From assembly GCA_044224715.1 (NCBI GenBank), contig JBGAJV010000010.1, forward strand, positions 13,619 to 77,618: 64,000 nucleotides of DNA, in the 5' to 3' direction. Below, piece after piece: positions 47,551-56,461 of the stretch. The first letter of the stretch is position 1. Each line of letters starts with the position of its first letter. This stretch comes from Anaerolineales bacterium. GTDB lineage: Bacteria; Chloroflexota; Anaerolineae; Anaerolineales; UBA6663. The position numbers and the translations under genes were made by a program. Under the pieces are notes generated by a model. The model saw nothing but the letters and a program-made list of their open reading frames with translations, was not told the origin of the DNA and made no database searches.

Positions 47551-48435
47551 CTAGAAGTCCGGCGGCGGAACGCGGGTCGCGTCGTCGGGCAGGCTCTGGT
47601 AATACGCCAGCACGCGCTTGTAGAACTCGATCTCCTCGGCCGGAAAGCCGTGGCGCTCCATGAACGCGATCTGCTGAGTATAGGCATCGACCTCGGCCGG
47701 CTTGGGCAGGATGTCCCCTACCGTCGCGAACTGCATGCAGTGCGTGGCCTCGTGAAACAGCATCGTGGCCACCATGCGGTCGGGCATCTCGGCATATGCC
47801 AGCGCCCGGACGTAGCACCCGCCGCCACGCATCGGCGCCGCCTGGGCCCGGTCGGAATACGGGCTGGTCCGGATGATCGTGATATACGTGTTGACCCGGT
47901 TGTAGGCGTCGGCGTCGTTGGCCTGCAGCCAATCCAACCCGGCGCGCACCTTGGCGACGAACGCGTCGGTGCCGCTGATGCGGTTGTAGACCGAGTCGCT
48001 CGGCGCGCTGGCGGCCGGCGCCGAGCCCGGGATGATCAACACCTGGCCGATCTGAAGCACGGTGGAGGTCAGGTTGTTGACCCGGATCAACTCCTCCATC
48101 GATACGTTGAACTTGCGCGCGATGCGCGCCACCGAGTCGCCGGATTTGACCGTGTAGCTCGTCGCTGCGCCGCCGGCGGCCGGCGCAGCCGCCGGCTGGC
48201 CGTCGGGGATGATCAAGGTCTGTCCGACGCGGATGGCGTTCGGATCCTTGAGTTGGTTGGCCTGGACGATGGCCTCCACGGTGACGTTGAACCGCGCCGC
48301 GATCCGCGACAGGTTATCACCGGGCTGCACCGTGTATGACGTATCGGCAAAGGCCGGCAACACGACGATCAGGGCCAACGCGACCGCCAGCAGCCCGGCG
48401 CGTCCCAGACGGTGAAGTGTATCGAGCAATTTCAT
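47551..48435 (-). CDS. Secreted protein with two LysM domains and a C-terminal HExxH domain (putative metallopeptidase)
   Basis: It has a signal-like N-terminus and two copies of YTV.PGD.L.RIA..FNV..E.....N. The C-terminus carries MLFHEATHCMQ. Confidence 0.7.
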   Translation of the reverse strand: MKLLDTLHRLGRAGLLAVALALIVVLPAFADTSYTVQPGDNLSRIAARFNVTVEAIVQANQLKDPNAIRVGQTLIIPDGQPAAAPAAGGAATSYTVKSGDSVARIARKFNVSMEELIRVNNLTSTVLQIGQVLIIPGSAPAASAPSDSVYNRISGTDAFVAKVRAGLDWLQANDADAYNRVNTYITIIRTSPYSDRAQAAPMRGGGCYVRALAYAEMPDRMVATMLFHEATHCMQFATVGDILPKPAEVDAYTQQIAFMERHGFPAEEIEFYKRVLAYYQSLPDDATRVPPPDF

Positions 48436-49265
48436 TTCGGCTCCTCATCCAGCGACCAGACCCAGATGTTTTCGTATTCGCAAGAGGTCGTGCCCGATTC
48501 CTGCAGGGCGCCAAACGCGATCGCGCCCTCGCTGTACTTGCTGTTGACGACCGTCCCCAGTCGTTCGCCGTTGGCGTAGTACGTGAATTTGGTGTCCTCG
48601 GCGATGATGACGATCTTGTTCGTACTCCCCTGGGTGTCTTCAAGGCGGCCGTCGGGCAGGTAGACATCGTCCAGCAGCGCATCGCCGCGGCCGTTGCTGA
48701 AGGCGCCGACACCCCACAGCGGCAGACCCTGCAGCCGGATCATGATCATCCGGTATTGCTTGCCCTTGTACAGATCGCCGTCGGCGCGGTACACGAGGTA
48801 ACACCCGGCCAGGCCCGAAGACGTGTTCCAGGTCACATCGGTGTGCAGCACGAAGTTGTGGAACTTCGCGTCCGGGTAGTCGGTCTGGTGATTGTTCTCG
48901 TCGTATGTATCGACCGTGATCTTGATCGGTCCGTGCATGTAGCCGAGGTGGCCCCGATCGGTGCTAAAACCGTAGTCCTCGAGGACATCGTTGATCTTGG
49001 GCAATGCCGCTTCGACCGTTGCGGTCACGCGCGCAGCCGCCGTGGCTTTGGCGTTCGGCGTGGCGGTGGCGGTCGGCTTCGGGGTTTCGGTGGGCGTCGC
49101 CGTCGGCTCGGGCGTGTCGGTCGGCTCAGGCGTGTCCGTCGCCGTGGCCGTCGGCTCGGGCGTCGGGGTCGCCGTCGGCTCGGGCGTCGGGGGATTACAG
49201 CCCGTTGTCAGCGCGACACAGAGAAGGGCACCACCAATCCGGACCAAATAATTCGAAATACGCAT
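48432..49265 (-). CDS. Lipoprotein with Pro/Thr-rich linker and jelly-roll (DUF1080/LamG-like?) domain
   Basis: Lipobox LTTGC, GAGGAG upstream, and a PEPTATPT-type linker. The stop overlaps the LysM gene start (ATGA). Confidence 0.65.
   Translation of the reverse strand: MRISNYLVRIGGALLCVALTTGCNPPTPEPTATPTPEPTATATDTPEPTDTPEPTATPTETPKPTATATPNAKATAAARVTATVEAALPKINDVLEDYGFSTDRGHLGYMHGPIKITVDTYDENNHQTDYPDAKFHNFVLHTDVTWNTSSGLAGCYLVYRADGDLYKGKQYRMIMIRLQGLPLWGVGAFSNGRGDALLDDVYLPDGRLEDTQGSTNKIVIIAEDTKFTYYANGERLGTVVNSKYSEGAIAFGALQESGTTSCEYENIWVWSLDEEPK
49050..49200 (-). repeat. Coding low-complexity tandem repeat (Pro-Thr-Glu/Ala linker)
   Basis: PTPEPTATPTPEPTATATDTPEPTDTPEPTATPTETPKPTATATP, encoded by reiterated ggcgtcgg/ggctcggg units. 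Confidence 0.7.
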
Positions 49266-49468
49266 CGCTCTATTCTCCTCGTTTCACACAACAAGCACCG
49301 GTTTGCGCACAAAACGGACATGGCAGGTTTCGACCACGGCCGTCATGATCCTCGCCGATTGTCACGCTGTAGTCTTCTGTTGGCTCTCTGATTTTCGTGT
49401 CGTGGTGTACCCAACAAAAGAATACAGGCCCCCGTATGCCATCCAACCAATCGCTACATCGAGTAAGG

Positions 49469-49474
49469 TATAAT
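49469..49474 (+). promoter_or_regulatory. -10 element TATAAT for the AP2-like gene
   Basis: aagGTATAATgcc, about 75 nt upstream of ATG 49551, which has a strong AAGGAG. Confidence 0.45.
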
Positions 49475-49550
49475 GCCCAAGATCTGTGGCGTACGCTCTG
49501 CCGGGCCACACCCGACAAATCCCCCGCACGCGCAAAATCCAAGGAGCATC

Positions 49551-50084
49551 ATGCCGCCCAAGAAAACATCAGCCCGACAACGCCGGACGTCCGCATCCAA
49601 AGCCGCCGCCCCCCATTACAAAGGCATCTCGCGCATCGATTCGGCCCGCGCCGTCGGGTGGTTCGTGCGCGTCAGCTGGCACGGCCAACACATGCGCAAG
49701 TTCTTCAGCGACGGCGTCAACGGCGGAAAGCGCAAGGCGCTTAAGGCCGCGATCGACTATCGCAACGTCACCGAGAAGGCGCTCGGCAAGCCACGCACCG
49801 ATCGGAACATCACCGGCATCACCCGCCGCAGCAACACCGGCTACACCGGGATCCGCAAGATTCTCAAGGACGGCCAACCGGCCTATGACGTCAGTTGGTC
49901 GCCGCGGCCGGGCGTTCTGCAGCGCACGTCGATCTCGATCGTCAAGCACGGCGCCGCACGCGCCCTGACGCTCGCCCGCAAGTTGCGGGCCGAGAAAGAG
50001 CGCGAAATCTATGGCGTCCGGCGCGCCGTTGAACGCAAACTTGTCCGCACAACCGTCACGCCAAAACGAAAGCGCCGCAAGTGA
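49551..50084 (+). CDS. AP2-like DNA-binding domain protein (two repeats)
   Basis: The first repeat reads YKGISRIDSARAVGWFVRVSWHGQHMRKFFSD..GGKRKALKAAIDYR. The second reads YTGIRKILKDGQPAYDVSW...GAARALTLARKLR. Confidence 0.5.
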   Translation: MPPKKTSARQRRTSASKAAAPHYKGISRIDSARAVGWFVRVSWHGQHMRKFFSDGVNGGKRKALKAAIDYRNVTEKALGKPRTDRNITGITRRSNTGYTGIRKILKDGQPAYDVSWSPRPGVLQRTSISIVKHGAARALTLARKLRAEKEREIYGVRRAVERKLVRTTVTPKRKRRK

Positions 50085-50116
50085 CACTCGGCTGACGATC
50101 ATCATGACACCGGCAG

Positions 50117-50146
50117 GAAGCGCGGCGCGGGCCGCGCTTCTTATTT
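50117..50146 (+). terminator. Rho-independent terminator
   Basis: gaagcgcggc / gccgcgcttc stem, a 4-nt loop, then TTATTTG. Confidence 0.75.
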
Positions 50147-50495
50147 GACATATCGAATTGGCGCCGGCGCGCTTGCCTTGTGGCCCAACGAGACAGCGAC
50201 CCGGCGCCGCCCGACCCCAGCCGGCCGCGCGTAGCCGATGACCTGCCGCGATGGGCCGCGTGCTGCAGACGCGTTTGATCTGTGGGTCGATGGGCATGGC
50301 GGCACAGGCGTGATGGCCCGCGCCACGCCATCGCTCCCGAATTGGAGCGACGCAAGTTCCTCCGCGAAACTATCATTGCCCAGCAAGCGGGAAACTGGGC
50401 GAACGACGAGGTGACGCCACAACCGGCTTCACCCCGATGTGCGGCGCCGAGACGCATCCAACCTGAGCAGGCACAGCACCCGTCCTGGGATCAAG

Positions 50496-50511
50496 TAGAA
50501 TGGGCGTTCTA
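50496..50511 (+). promoter_or_regulatory. TAGAAT -10 overlapping a Cheo-box-like palindrome (candidate LexA operator)
   Basis: TAGAATGGGCGTTCTA. Six of 8 symmetric pairs are intact, and the GAAt-N4-GTTC core sits immediately before ATG 50512. Confidence 0.35.
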
Positions 50512-53500
50512 ATGCCCACTCTGTTGCGCGCGCATTCGTGGTACTCGTTCCTGCGCGGCCTGCCCGCACCAAAGGCGCTCGTCGAGGCCGCGGCGCAGGC
50601 CGGCTACACCGCCGTGCTCCTGGCCGATCATCACGGGCTGACCGGCGCGCTGGAGTTTCACGACGCCTGCCTCGACCTCGGGGTGCAGCCGCTGCTGGGA
50701 CTGGAGCTGCACGTCCAGCGCGACCCAGCCGATCGCGGGGCGCCGGCGCGTCTGTGCCTGCTCGCCATGGACGACGTCGGTTGGGCGAGCCTGTGCCGTT
50801 TGAGCTCGTTGGCCCAGACCCGGCCGGATCGCGATCTCGAGCAGGGTCTGCCGCGTGTGGCCCTGCAAGACCACACCGCCGGCCTGCTTTGCCTGCTCGA
50901 TCCGGCTTGCGTGACCGACGTCGCGGAATGGCTGGCGACGTTGCACACGTGGTTCGGCGATCGACTGTATCTGCTCCTCGATCGAGCGACACCGGATGCC
51001 CTGGCCACGGCCGGGCCGGCCATCGCGCAGGCGCAGCGGATCGGCGTGCCGATCGTGGGCGGCCAGCCGGTCTACTACCTCGAGCCCGATCAGGAAGACC
51101 TGCAACGCACGCTGGCCGCGATCCGCATCAATCGCCCGCGCGAGACCCTGACCGCCGAGCATCTGGCGCCGCCGGCGGCCTTTCTCCCGTCGGCCGCCGA
51201 GTTGTGGGACCGCTTCGCCGAGCTCGACGGGCTGACCGACGCCGACGAGATCGCCGCGCGCTGCACGCTGCGCCTGGAGAAAGGCCGGCAGCTGTTTCCG
51301 GCGCTCGATCTGCCGGACGGCCTCGACGCCGAGGCCGTGCTGCGACGCGAGGCCGAGACGGGCGCCCTTCGGCTCTATGGCGCCGACGGCGTGCTTCCGG
51401 TGTCGGTCCGCACCCGGCTCGAGCACGAACTGGCGGTCATCTCGACGAAGGGGTTCGCGCCGATCTTCCTGGTGATGCAGGAGGTGATCGCCTACGCGCG
51501 GCGCGCCGGCGTGCCCAGCGCCTCGCGCGGCTCTGCGTCGTCGTCGCTTGTCGCGCATTGTCTCGACATCACCACGCCCGACCCACTGGCGCTCAACCTG
51601 TACTTCGAGCGCTTCCTCAATCCGGCCCGCGCCACGCCGCCCGACATCGACACCGACCTGTGCTCGCGTCGCCGCGATCGCGTGATCGCCCATGTCTTCG
51701 AGCATTACGGCGCCGATCGCGTGGCCATGGTCGCCACCATCAATTGCCTCCAGGAGCGCTCGGCGCTGCGCGAGGTCGCCAAGGCGTTCGAGATCGACGC
51801 CGACGACCTGATCGACGAGGTGCCCTATCGCGGGTTCGGGCCGCGCCGCGTTCGCAACGGCGGCGGGCCGTACGATGCCCTGCGCCAGCGATCGTCGGAG
51901 CCGCGTTATCGGCGCATGCTCGCTCACGCCGAAGCGCTCGTCGGGCAGCCCGACCACCTTTCGATCCACCCGGGCGGCGTCGTGATCGCGCCGAGACCGA
52001 TCCGCGACCTGTGCCCCGTGAACCTCGCGAGCAAAGGGATCACGATCACGCAGTTCGACCTGGATGGGATCGAGCGGCTGGGTCTGATCAAGATGGACTT
52101 GCTCGGCATCCGTGGGCTGACCGTCGTCGCGGACGTGGCCGAAACCCTGATCCCGCCCGACGCGGCGCCGGTGGCCGGCGGGCCGGCCCCGATGATCGCC
52201 ATGCTCGACGCGATCCCGACCGAGGATGCGGCCACGTCCGAGTTGATCCGCAGCGGCCGCACGATCGGCTGCTTCCAGATCGAATCTGGGGGCATGCGTA
52301 ACACGCTGCGCGATCTGCAGGCGCGGACCATCGGCGACGTGCTGGCCGCGCTGGCGCTCTTCCGGCCCGGGCCGATCCAGGGCGGGCTCCGCGATGCCTA
52401 CGTCCGGCGTCATCTGGGCCGCGAGACCGTCGCGCACATTCATCCGGCGCTGGCTCCGGTGCTCGACGAAACCCTGGGCGTCATCCTGTATCAGGAGCAG
52501 GTGCTGCGGATCGCCCATGAACTGGCCGGTCTGTCGCTCGCCGACGCCGACCTGCTGCGGCGGGCGATGAGCCACTTCGACCCCGGCGAGAAGATGCGCA
52601 CTTTGCGCGAGCGCTTCCTGGCCGGCGCTGAGCAGGTGTCGGGGATCGCGCCGGACGTCGCCGGACGCATCTGGGACATGATGGCCGCGTTCGCCGGTTA
52701 CGGATTTCCGAAAGCGCATGCCGCGTCCTACGCGGTGGCGGCCTGGCGTTCAGCCTGGTGCAAGACGCATCACCCCGCCCTGTTCATGGCGGCCGTGATG
52801 GCGAACTGGGGCGGCTACTACTCGCAACGCGTCTATCTCACCGAGGCGCGCCGGCTCGGGCTCAGGCTTCGCCCGCCGCACGTCAACTTCAGCCGACACG
52901 AGTTCTCGGTCGTCGCGCAGGCGGGCCAGCCCGTGTTGTACATGGGGCTCGATCAAGTGCGCGACCTGACCCAACGCACGATCTCGGCCATCGAGCGGGG
53001 CCGCCCCTTCACGTCGCTGGACGACTTCCTCACGCGCGTCGACCCGCGCCCGGGCGAGGCCGCCAACCTCGCGCGCGTCGACGCCTTCGCCGGCCTCGCA
53101 AACCCGCAGCGCGCACAGGAGCGACTGGCGGGCGGTTGGCTCGCCGGTCAACCGGGGTTGTTCGATCTGTCAGGCGGCGACGCCGGCGACGACGCGCGGA
53201 CGCTCGCCGAACGCGTGGACGATGAAGAGGAGATCCTGGGCGCTGCCGTCAGCGCGCACCCGCTCGAGCTGGCCGCCGACCGCTATGGCGAGGCCCTGTC
53301 GACCGTGCAGGCGTCGGCGCGCCTGGGCGAGACCGTGCGGGTGGCGGCCATGCGTCAGACCTGGCGCCGCTCGCGCAACGCCCAGGGCGAGCGCGTCTAC
53401 TATATGGTCGCCGAGGACCTGGAAGGCATGATCGATTGCGTGATCGCTAATGAAGTCTATGAGCGGCACAGGGCCGCGTTTTCGACCGGCCCGGGTCCGT

Positions 53501-53628
53501 TTGTGCTCGAGGGCGTCGTCGAGTCGAACCCGGAGACCGGCGAGGCCGAGCTGCTCCTCAACCGGGTCGCCCCGATCGGCGTCAAGCGCGACAAGCCCGG
53601 GCGCACAACCTCCCGACCTCGCGCTTGA
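50512..53628 (+). CDS. dnaE: DNA polymerase III alpha-family protein, short DnaE2-like form
   Basis: 1038 aa. The N-terminus LLRAHSWYSFLRG is a PHP motif of the DnaE2 type. The polymerase core includes GSASSSLVAHCLDIT and FERFLNP.R..PPDIDTD. The protein ends soon after an OB-fold-like segment. Confidence 0.8.
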   Translation: MPTLLRAHSWYSFLRGLPAPKALVEAAAQAGYTAVLLADHHGLTGALEFHDACLDLGVQPLLGLELHVQRDPADRGAPARLCLLAMDDVGWASLCRLSSLAQTRPDRDLEQGLPRVALQDHTAGLLCLLDPACVTDVAEWLATLHTWFGDRLYLLLDRATPDALATAGPAIAQAQRIGVPIVGGQPVYYLEPDQEDLQRTLAAIRINRPRETLTAEHLAPPAAFLPSAAELWDRFAELDGLTDADEIAARCTLRLEKGRQLFPALDLPDGLDAEAVLRREAETGALRLYGADGVLPVSVRTRLEHELAVISTKGFAPIFLVMQEVIAYARRAGVPSASRGSASSSLVAHCLDITTPDPLALNLYFERFLNPARATPPDIDTDLCSRRRDRVIAHVFEHYGADRVAMVATINCLQERSALREVAKAFEIDADDLIDEVPYRGFGPRRVRNGGGPYDALRQRSSEPRYRRMLAHAEALVGQPDHLSIHPGGVVIAPRPIRDLCPVNLASKGITITQFDLDGIERLGLIKMDLLGIRGLTVVADVAETLIPPDAAPVAGGPAPMIAMLDAIPTEDAATSELIRSGRTIGCFQIESGGMRNTLRDLQARTIGDVLAALALFRPGPIQGGLRDAYVRRHLGRETVAHIHPALAPVLDETLGVILYQEQVLRIAHELAGLSLADADLLRRAMSHFDPGEKMRTLRERFLAGAEQVSGIAPDVAGRIWDMMAAFAGYGFPKAHAASYAVAAWRSAWCKTHHPALFMAAVMANWGGYYSQRVYLTEARRLGLRLRPPHVNFSRHEFSVVAQAGQPVLYMGLDQVRDLTQRTISAIERGRPFTSLDDFLTRVDPRPGEAANLARVDAFAGLANPQRAQERLAGGWLAGQPGLFDLSGGDAGDDARTLAERVDDEEEILGAAVSAHPLELAADRYGEALSTVQASARLGETVRVAAMRQTWRRSRNAQGERVYYMVAEDLEGMIDCVIANEVYERHRAAFSTGPGPFVLEGVVESNPETGEAELLLNRVAPIGVKRDKPGRTTSRPRA

Positions 53629-53740
53629 GCGCTTTAACACGGACAGATCAAAAAGCGGCGGCTGTAGGGTCGAGGCGGATCCCCGTTCATGCAGCACGCC
53701 GCCGTGCGACAAAAACTCCGGTCGGCCGAGTCGGCGACGA

Positions 53741-55573
53741 TCAATGCCGCACGGGTTGCGCTGCGGCCGTATGGGTCGCTCGGACCGAGCGGGTCTGATC
53801 GTTCGCCGGCCCGGGTTCGACCGCGGCATCCGTCCTAAAGCGCCCAACCACAGCCTGCAGCCGCGACGCCATATCAGCCAGCGCCTTGGCCGAATCGCTC
53901 ACCTCGTGGACCTGCGCGCTCATCTCCTCGGATGCGGCGGAAACCTGCTCCACCGTGGCGCTGTTCTCCTCGCTGAGCGCCGCGAAATGTTCGACGGCCT
54001 GCGACACCTCGGCGCCGTTGGCCGCCATCTCCTTGATCGCCGCCGAGTTCTCCTCGACCACGGCGCTGACCGATTCGACCGACAGGGTCAGGTCGTTTGC
54101 CGAAGCCGTCATCTCGCGGGTCGCGCCAGAGATTGTGCTGACCTGCGCACTCACCGCGCGGGCCGCGGCGAGGATGTCTTCGAGCGCGGCGCTGGCCTCG
54201 GTGGCGCGCGCGCTGCCAGCCTGGACCTCGGTGGCGCTGCGCTCCATCACCTTGACGGATTCCGCCACGATCGAGCGGATCACGTTGATCAGCCCGGCGA
54301 TCTCGCGCGCGGCGACGCCAGAGCGCTCCGCCAGTTTCCGAACCTCGTCGGCGACGACCGCGAAACCGCGTCCGTGCTCGCCCGCGCGCGCCGCCTCGAT
54401 CGCGGCGTTGAGCGCCAGCAGATTGGTCTGGCTCGCGATCTCGTCGATGGTCGCCACGATCGTGCCGATCTGGTCGGAGTGTGATCCGAGGTCGCGGATC
54501 TGGCGCGCGGCCGCGTCGACGCTGGATTGGATCGCGCGCATGCTCTCGGTCTGCGCCGTCACCGCGGCGGCACCCGTGGCCGCCACACGCGACGCCTGTT
54601 CGGCATCGTCGGCGCCGGCGTGGGCGCTCTCCGCCACCTGCCGGATCGCCTGCGTCAGCTGGGTCGTCGCGTGCGAAGCCTTCGAGGCCGCGTTCGCCTG
54701 GTCGTGCGCGCCACGGGCGACGCCATCGAGCGCGCGATGGATCTGATCGACCGACGTCGCGGTGCGCCCCACCCCGGTCGCCTGATCGGAGGCGCCGATC
54801 GCCAGCTGGCCCATCGCCGTCGCGATCTGACTCGTGGCCTGGCCGGCCTGGCTCGCGGCGAGGTCGAGGTTGCGGCTGGCGCCGGCCAGTTCGCGGCTCG
54901 TCCGCGCCATCTCGAAGAGCGCCTCTTGCAGCGACTTCTTGATCTCGGCGTAGAAGTCCGACACATCGTAGCGCGTCTCGGTGACATACACCTGTTGCAG
55001 ATCGACGCCGAAGGACTCGAGCACGTCGTTGAAGAACGCTTCCGCGATGGCCTGCATGTCGAAGTTGAAGATCGCGCCCAGGGCACGTTCTGCCCGCGAT
55101 CGAAAGCCGGCCTGAAGCGGGTAGGAGCGCGCCAGGCGCTCGCGGACCAGATCGAGGTACAGGGTATAGCTGCCCACGTACCACTTCAACGGCAGGTCGA
55201 TCGCGTTGTGCAACGCGCCGACCTTGAGCCGCTTTTCGAAATAGGGTATGCCGAAAGGCTCGGGTTTGCTGGCTTCGACGAAGATCTCGCGCAGGTAATT
55301 GGCCTGCGCCATCTCCAGGTGTTCGCGCAGCCGGGCCAATGGCCAACCGTGCTGCGCCGCATAACGATCGAAGAAGGCGCGTGTCTCGGAGAAACTGAAC
55401 TGGTGATCGTAGAAAGCCCTGGCGATCCCCGGCGACTGCCGTTCGGCCCAACCCTGCAGCCGCGCCAGGATGCGCAGGTCGCCTTGCGACAGTCGCAGGA
55501 ACTCGCGACGCAAGGCCAGGTTCTGGGCGTTCACCCGATACTGGTTGGCTCGATCCGGACCGCTGGGGCTCAT
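53741..55573 (-). CDS. Globin-coupled methyl-accepting chemotaxis protein (HemAT-like)
   Basis: ATG 55573 follows AAGGAG. The N-terminal sensor-globin region contains [36 protein letters not shown]. The C-terminal MCP signalling hairpin contains [38 protein letters not shown]. Confidence 0.85.
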   Translation of the reverse strand: MSPSGPDRANQYRVNAQNLALRREFLRLSQGDLRILARLQGWAERQSPGIARAFYDHQFSFSETRAFFDRYAAQHGWPLARLREHLEMAQANYLREIFVEASKPEPFGIPYFEKRLKVGALHNAIDLPLKWYVGSYTLYLDLVRERLARSYPLQAGFRSRAERALGAIFNFDMQAIAEAFFNDVLESFGVDLQQVYVTETRYDVSDFYAEIKKSLQEALFEMARTSRELAGASRNLDLAASQAGQATSQIATAMGQLAIGASDQATGVGRTATSVDQIHRALDGVARGAHDQANAASKASHATTQLTQAIRQVAESAHAGADDAEQASRVAATGAAAVTAQTESMRAIQSSVDAAARQIRDLGSHSDQIGTIVATIDEIASQTNLLALNAAIEAARAGEHGRGFAVVADEVRKLAERSGVAAREIAGLINVIRSIVAESVKVMERSATEVQAGSARATEASAALEDILAAARAVSAQVSTISGATREMTASANDLTLSVESVSAVVEENSAAIKEMAANGAEVSQAVEHFAALSEENSATVEQVSAASEEMSAQVHEVSDSAKALADMASRLQAVVGRFRTDAAVEPGPANDQTRSVRATHTAAAQPVRH

Positions 55574-55814
55574 CGTCGGCTCCTTTCTCCGCGCGCCGAT
55601 GGCGCTCGGCCTCAACCGCCGCTGCGGCGACGCCCTGTCGCACGACACTTGGCCAGAACATTCGGGCAAGGGGTCATGGACTGGCGACGCCCAAATAATG
55701 GGACGACTCGTGTGGAAATTCCATAAGGATTCCGGAAAATCCAAACCCGACACCAACGTTGCGGCAGGCAGTGTTGGGCAGACGCGCGGCGGGAGGCCGA
55801 GGTTGCCCGGTCTC

Positions 55815-56392
55815 AGCGCATCAGGCGGCGATCGTAGGCGGCGCTGTCCGCGGCAACGGGGGCGAGATCACGGGCGTCCAGGGCAACGGCGCGGTCAAGG
55901 CCGATGCCGGGGAAATCGTGGACACGGCGACGGGACCGACGACATGTGGGAACGCGTCCTTGGGATCAACCTCAACGGCCCGCTGTACCTCACGCGGCGC
56001 GCGCTCCCGATCATGGTCGAACAGGGCGGCGGTTCGATGGTCAACACGGCTTCGGTCGCCGGGTTGAGCGGCGCGGCGGCGGGCGTGGTGTCCACGACCT
56101 CCAAGCACGCGCTGATCGGGCTGACGAAGAACACGGCCTGGCTTTATGCGGAAAAGGGCGTCCGCTGGAACGCGATCTGCCCCGGCGGCGTCGAGACGAA
56201 CATCATGCCAGCATCGACCCGACCAAGATGGACCCGGTCGCGTCGGCGCGGCTGCAGGTGTTCTACAACACGATGCCCGCGACGCTCAAGCCGCACGACA
56301 TCGCCCACATGGCCCTGTCCCTGGCATCCGACGAGTCGCGCTTCATCAACGGTCAGGCCATCGCCGCCGACGGCGGCTGGACGGCCACTTGA
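55815..56392 (+). pseudogene. Degraded short-chain dehydrogenase/reductase (SDR) gene
   Basis: SDR homology is split over at least two frames, with a shift near 56200-56215. No Rossmann TGxxxGxG N-terminus is present. About 35 aa appear to be missing between [10 protein letters not shown] and AGEIVD. The catalytic YxxxK reads STTSK. Confidence 0.6.
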
Positions 56393-56461
56393 GACGCACA
56401 CACCAGAGACGCAAATAACACGCAGGGCCGGCCCTGTCGAGTCGAGGCCAGGGCTGTGGGC

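Noticed and set aside
49050-49200. Periodic short repeats that could superficially suggest a CRISPR- or satellite-like array
   Set aside because: The units are 9-18 nt, degenerate, and in frame within a lipoprotein gene, where they encode a Pro/Thr/Glu linker. There are no spacers of unique sequence and no cas genes.
49473-49550. Upstream start (ATG 49473) for the AP2-like gene
   Set aside because: That ATG lies inside the TATAAT hexamer (49469-49474). ATG 49551 has a strong AAGGAG site at optimal spacing.
50509-52719. 736-aa minus-strand ORF (also 50538..52301 in another plus frame)
   Set aside because: It is antisense or out of frame to the DnaE-family gene, which has unmistakable polymerase motifs. 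It is a long open frame caused by the scarcity of stop codons in GC-rich sequence.
53874-55661. 595-aa minus-strand ORF in an alternative frame of the chemoreceptor locus (also 54527..55726 plus)
   Set aside because: The translation is Arg/Gly/Pro-rich with no motifs. The 53741..55573 frame gives the canonical MCP signalling hairpin and globin sensor, with an AAGGAG site.
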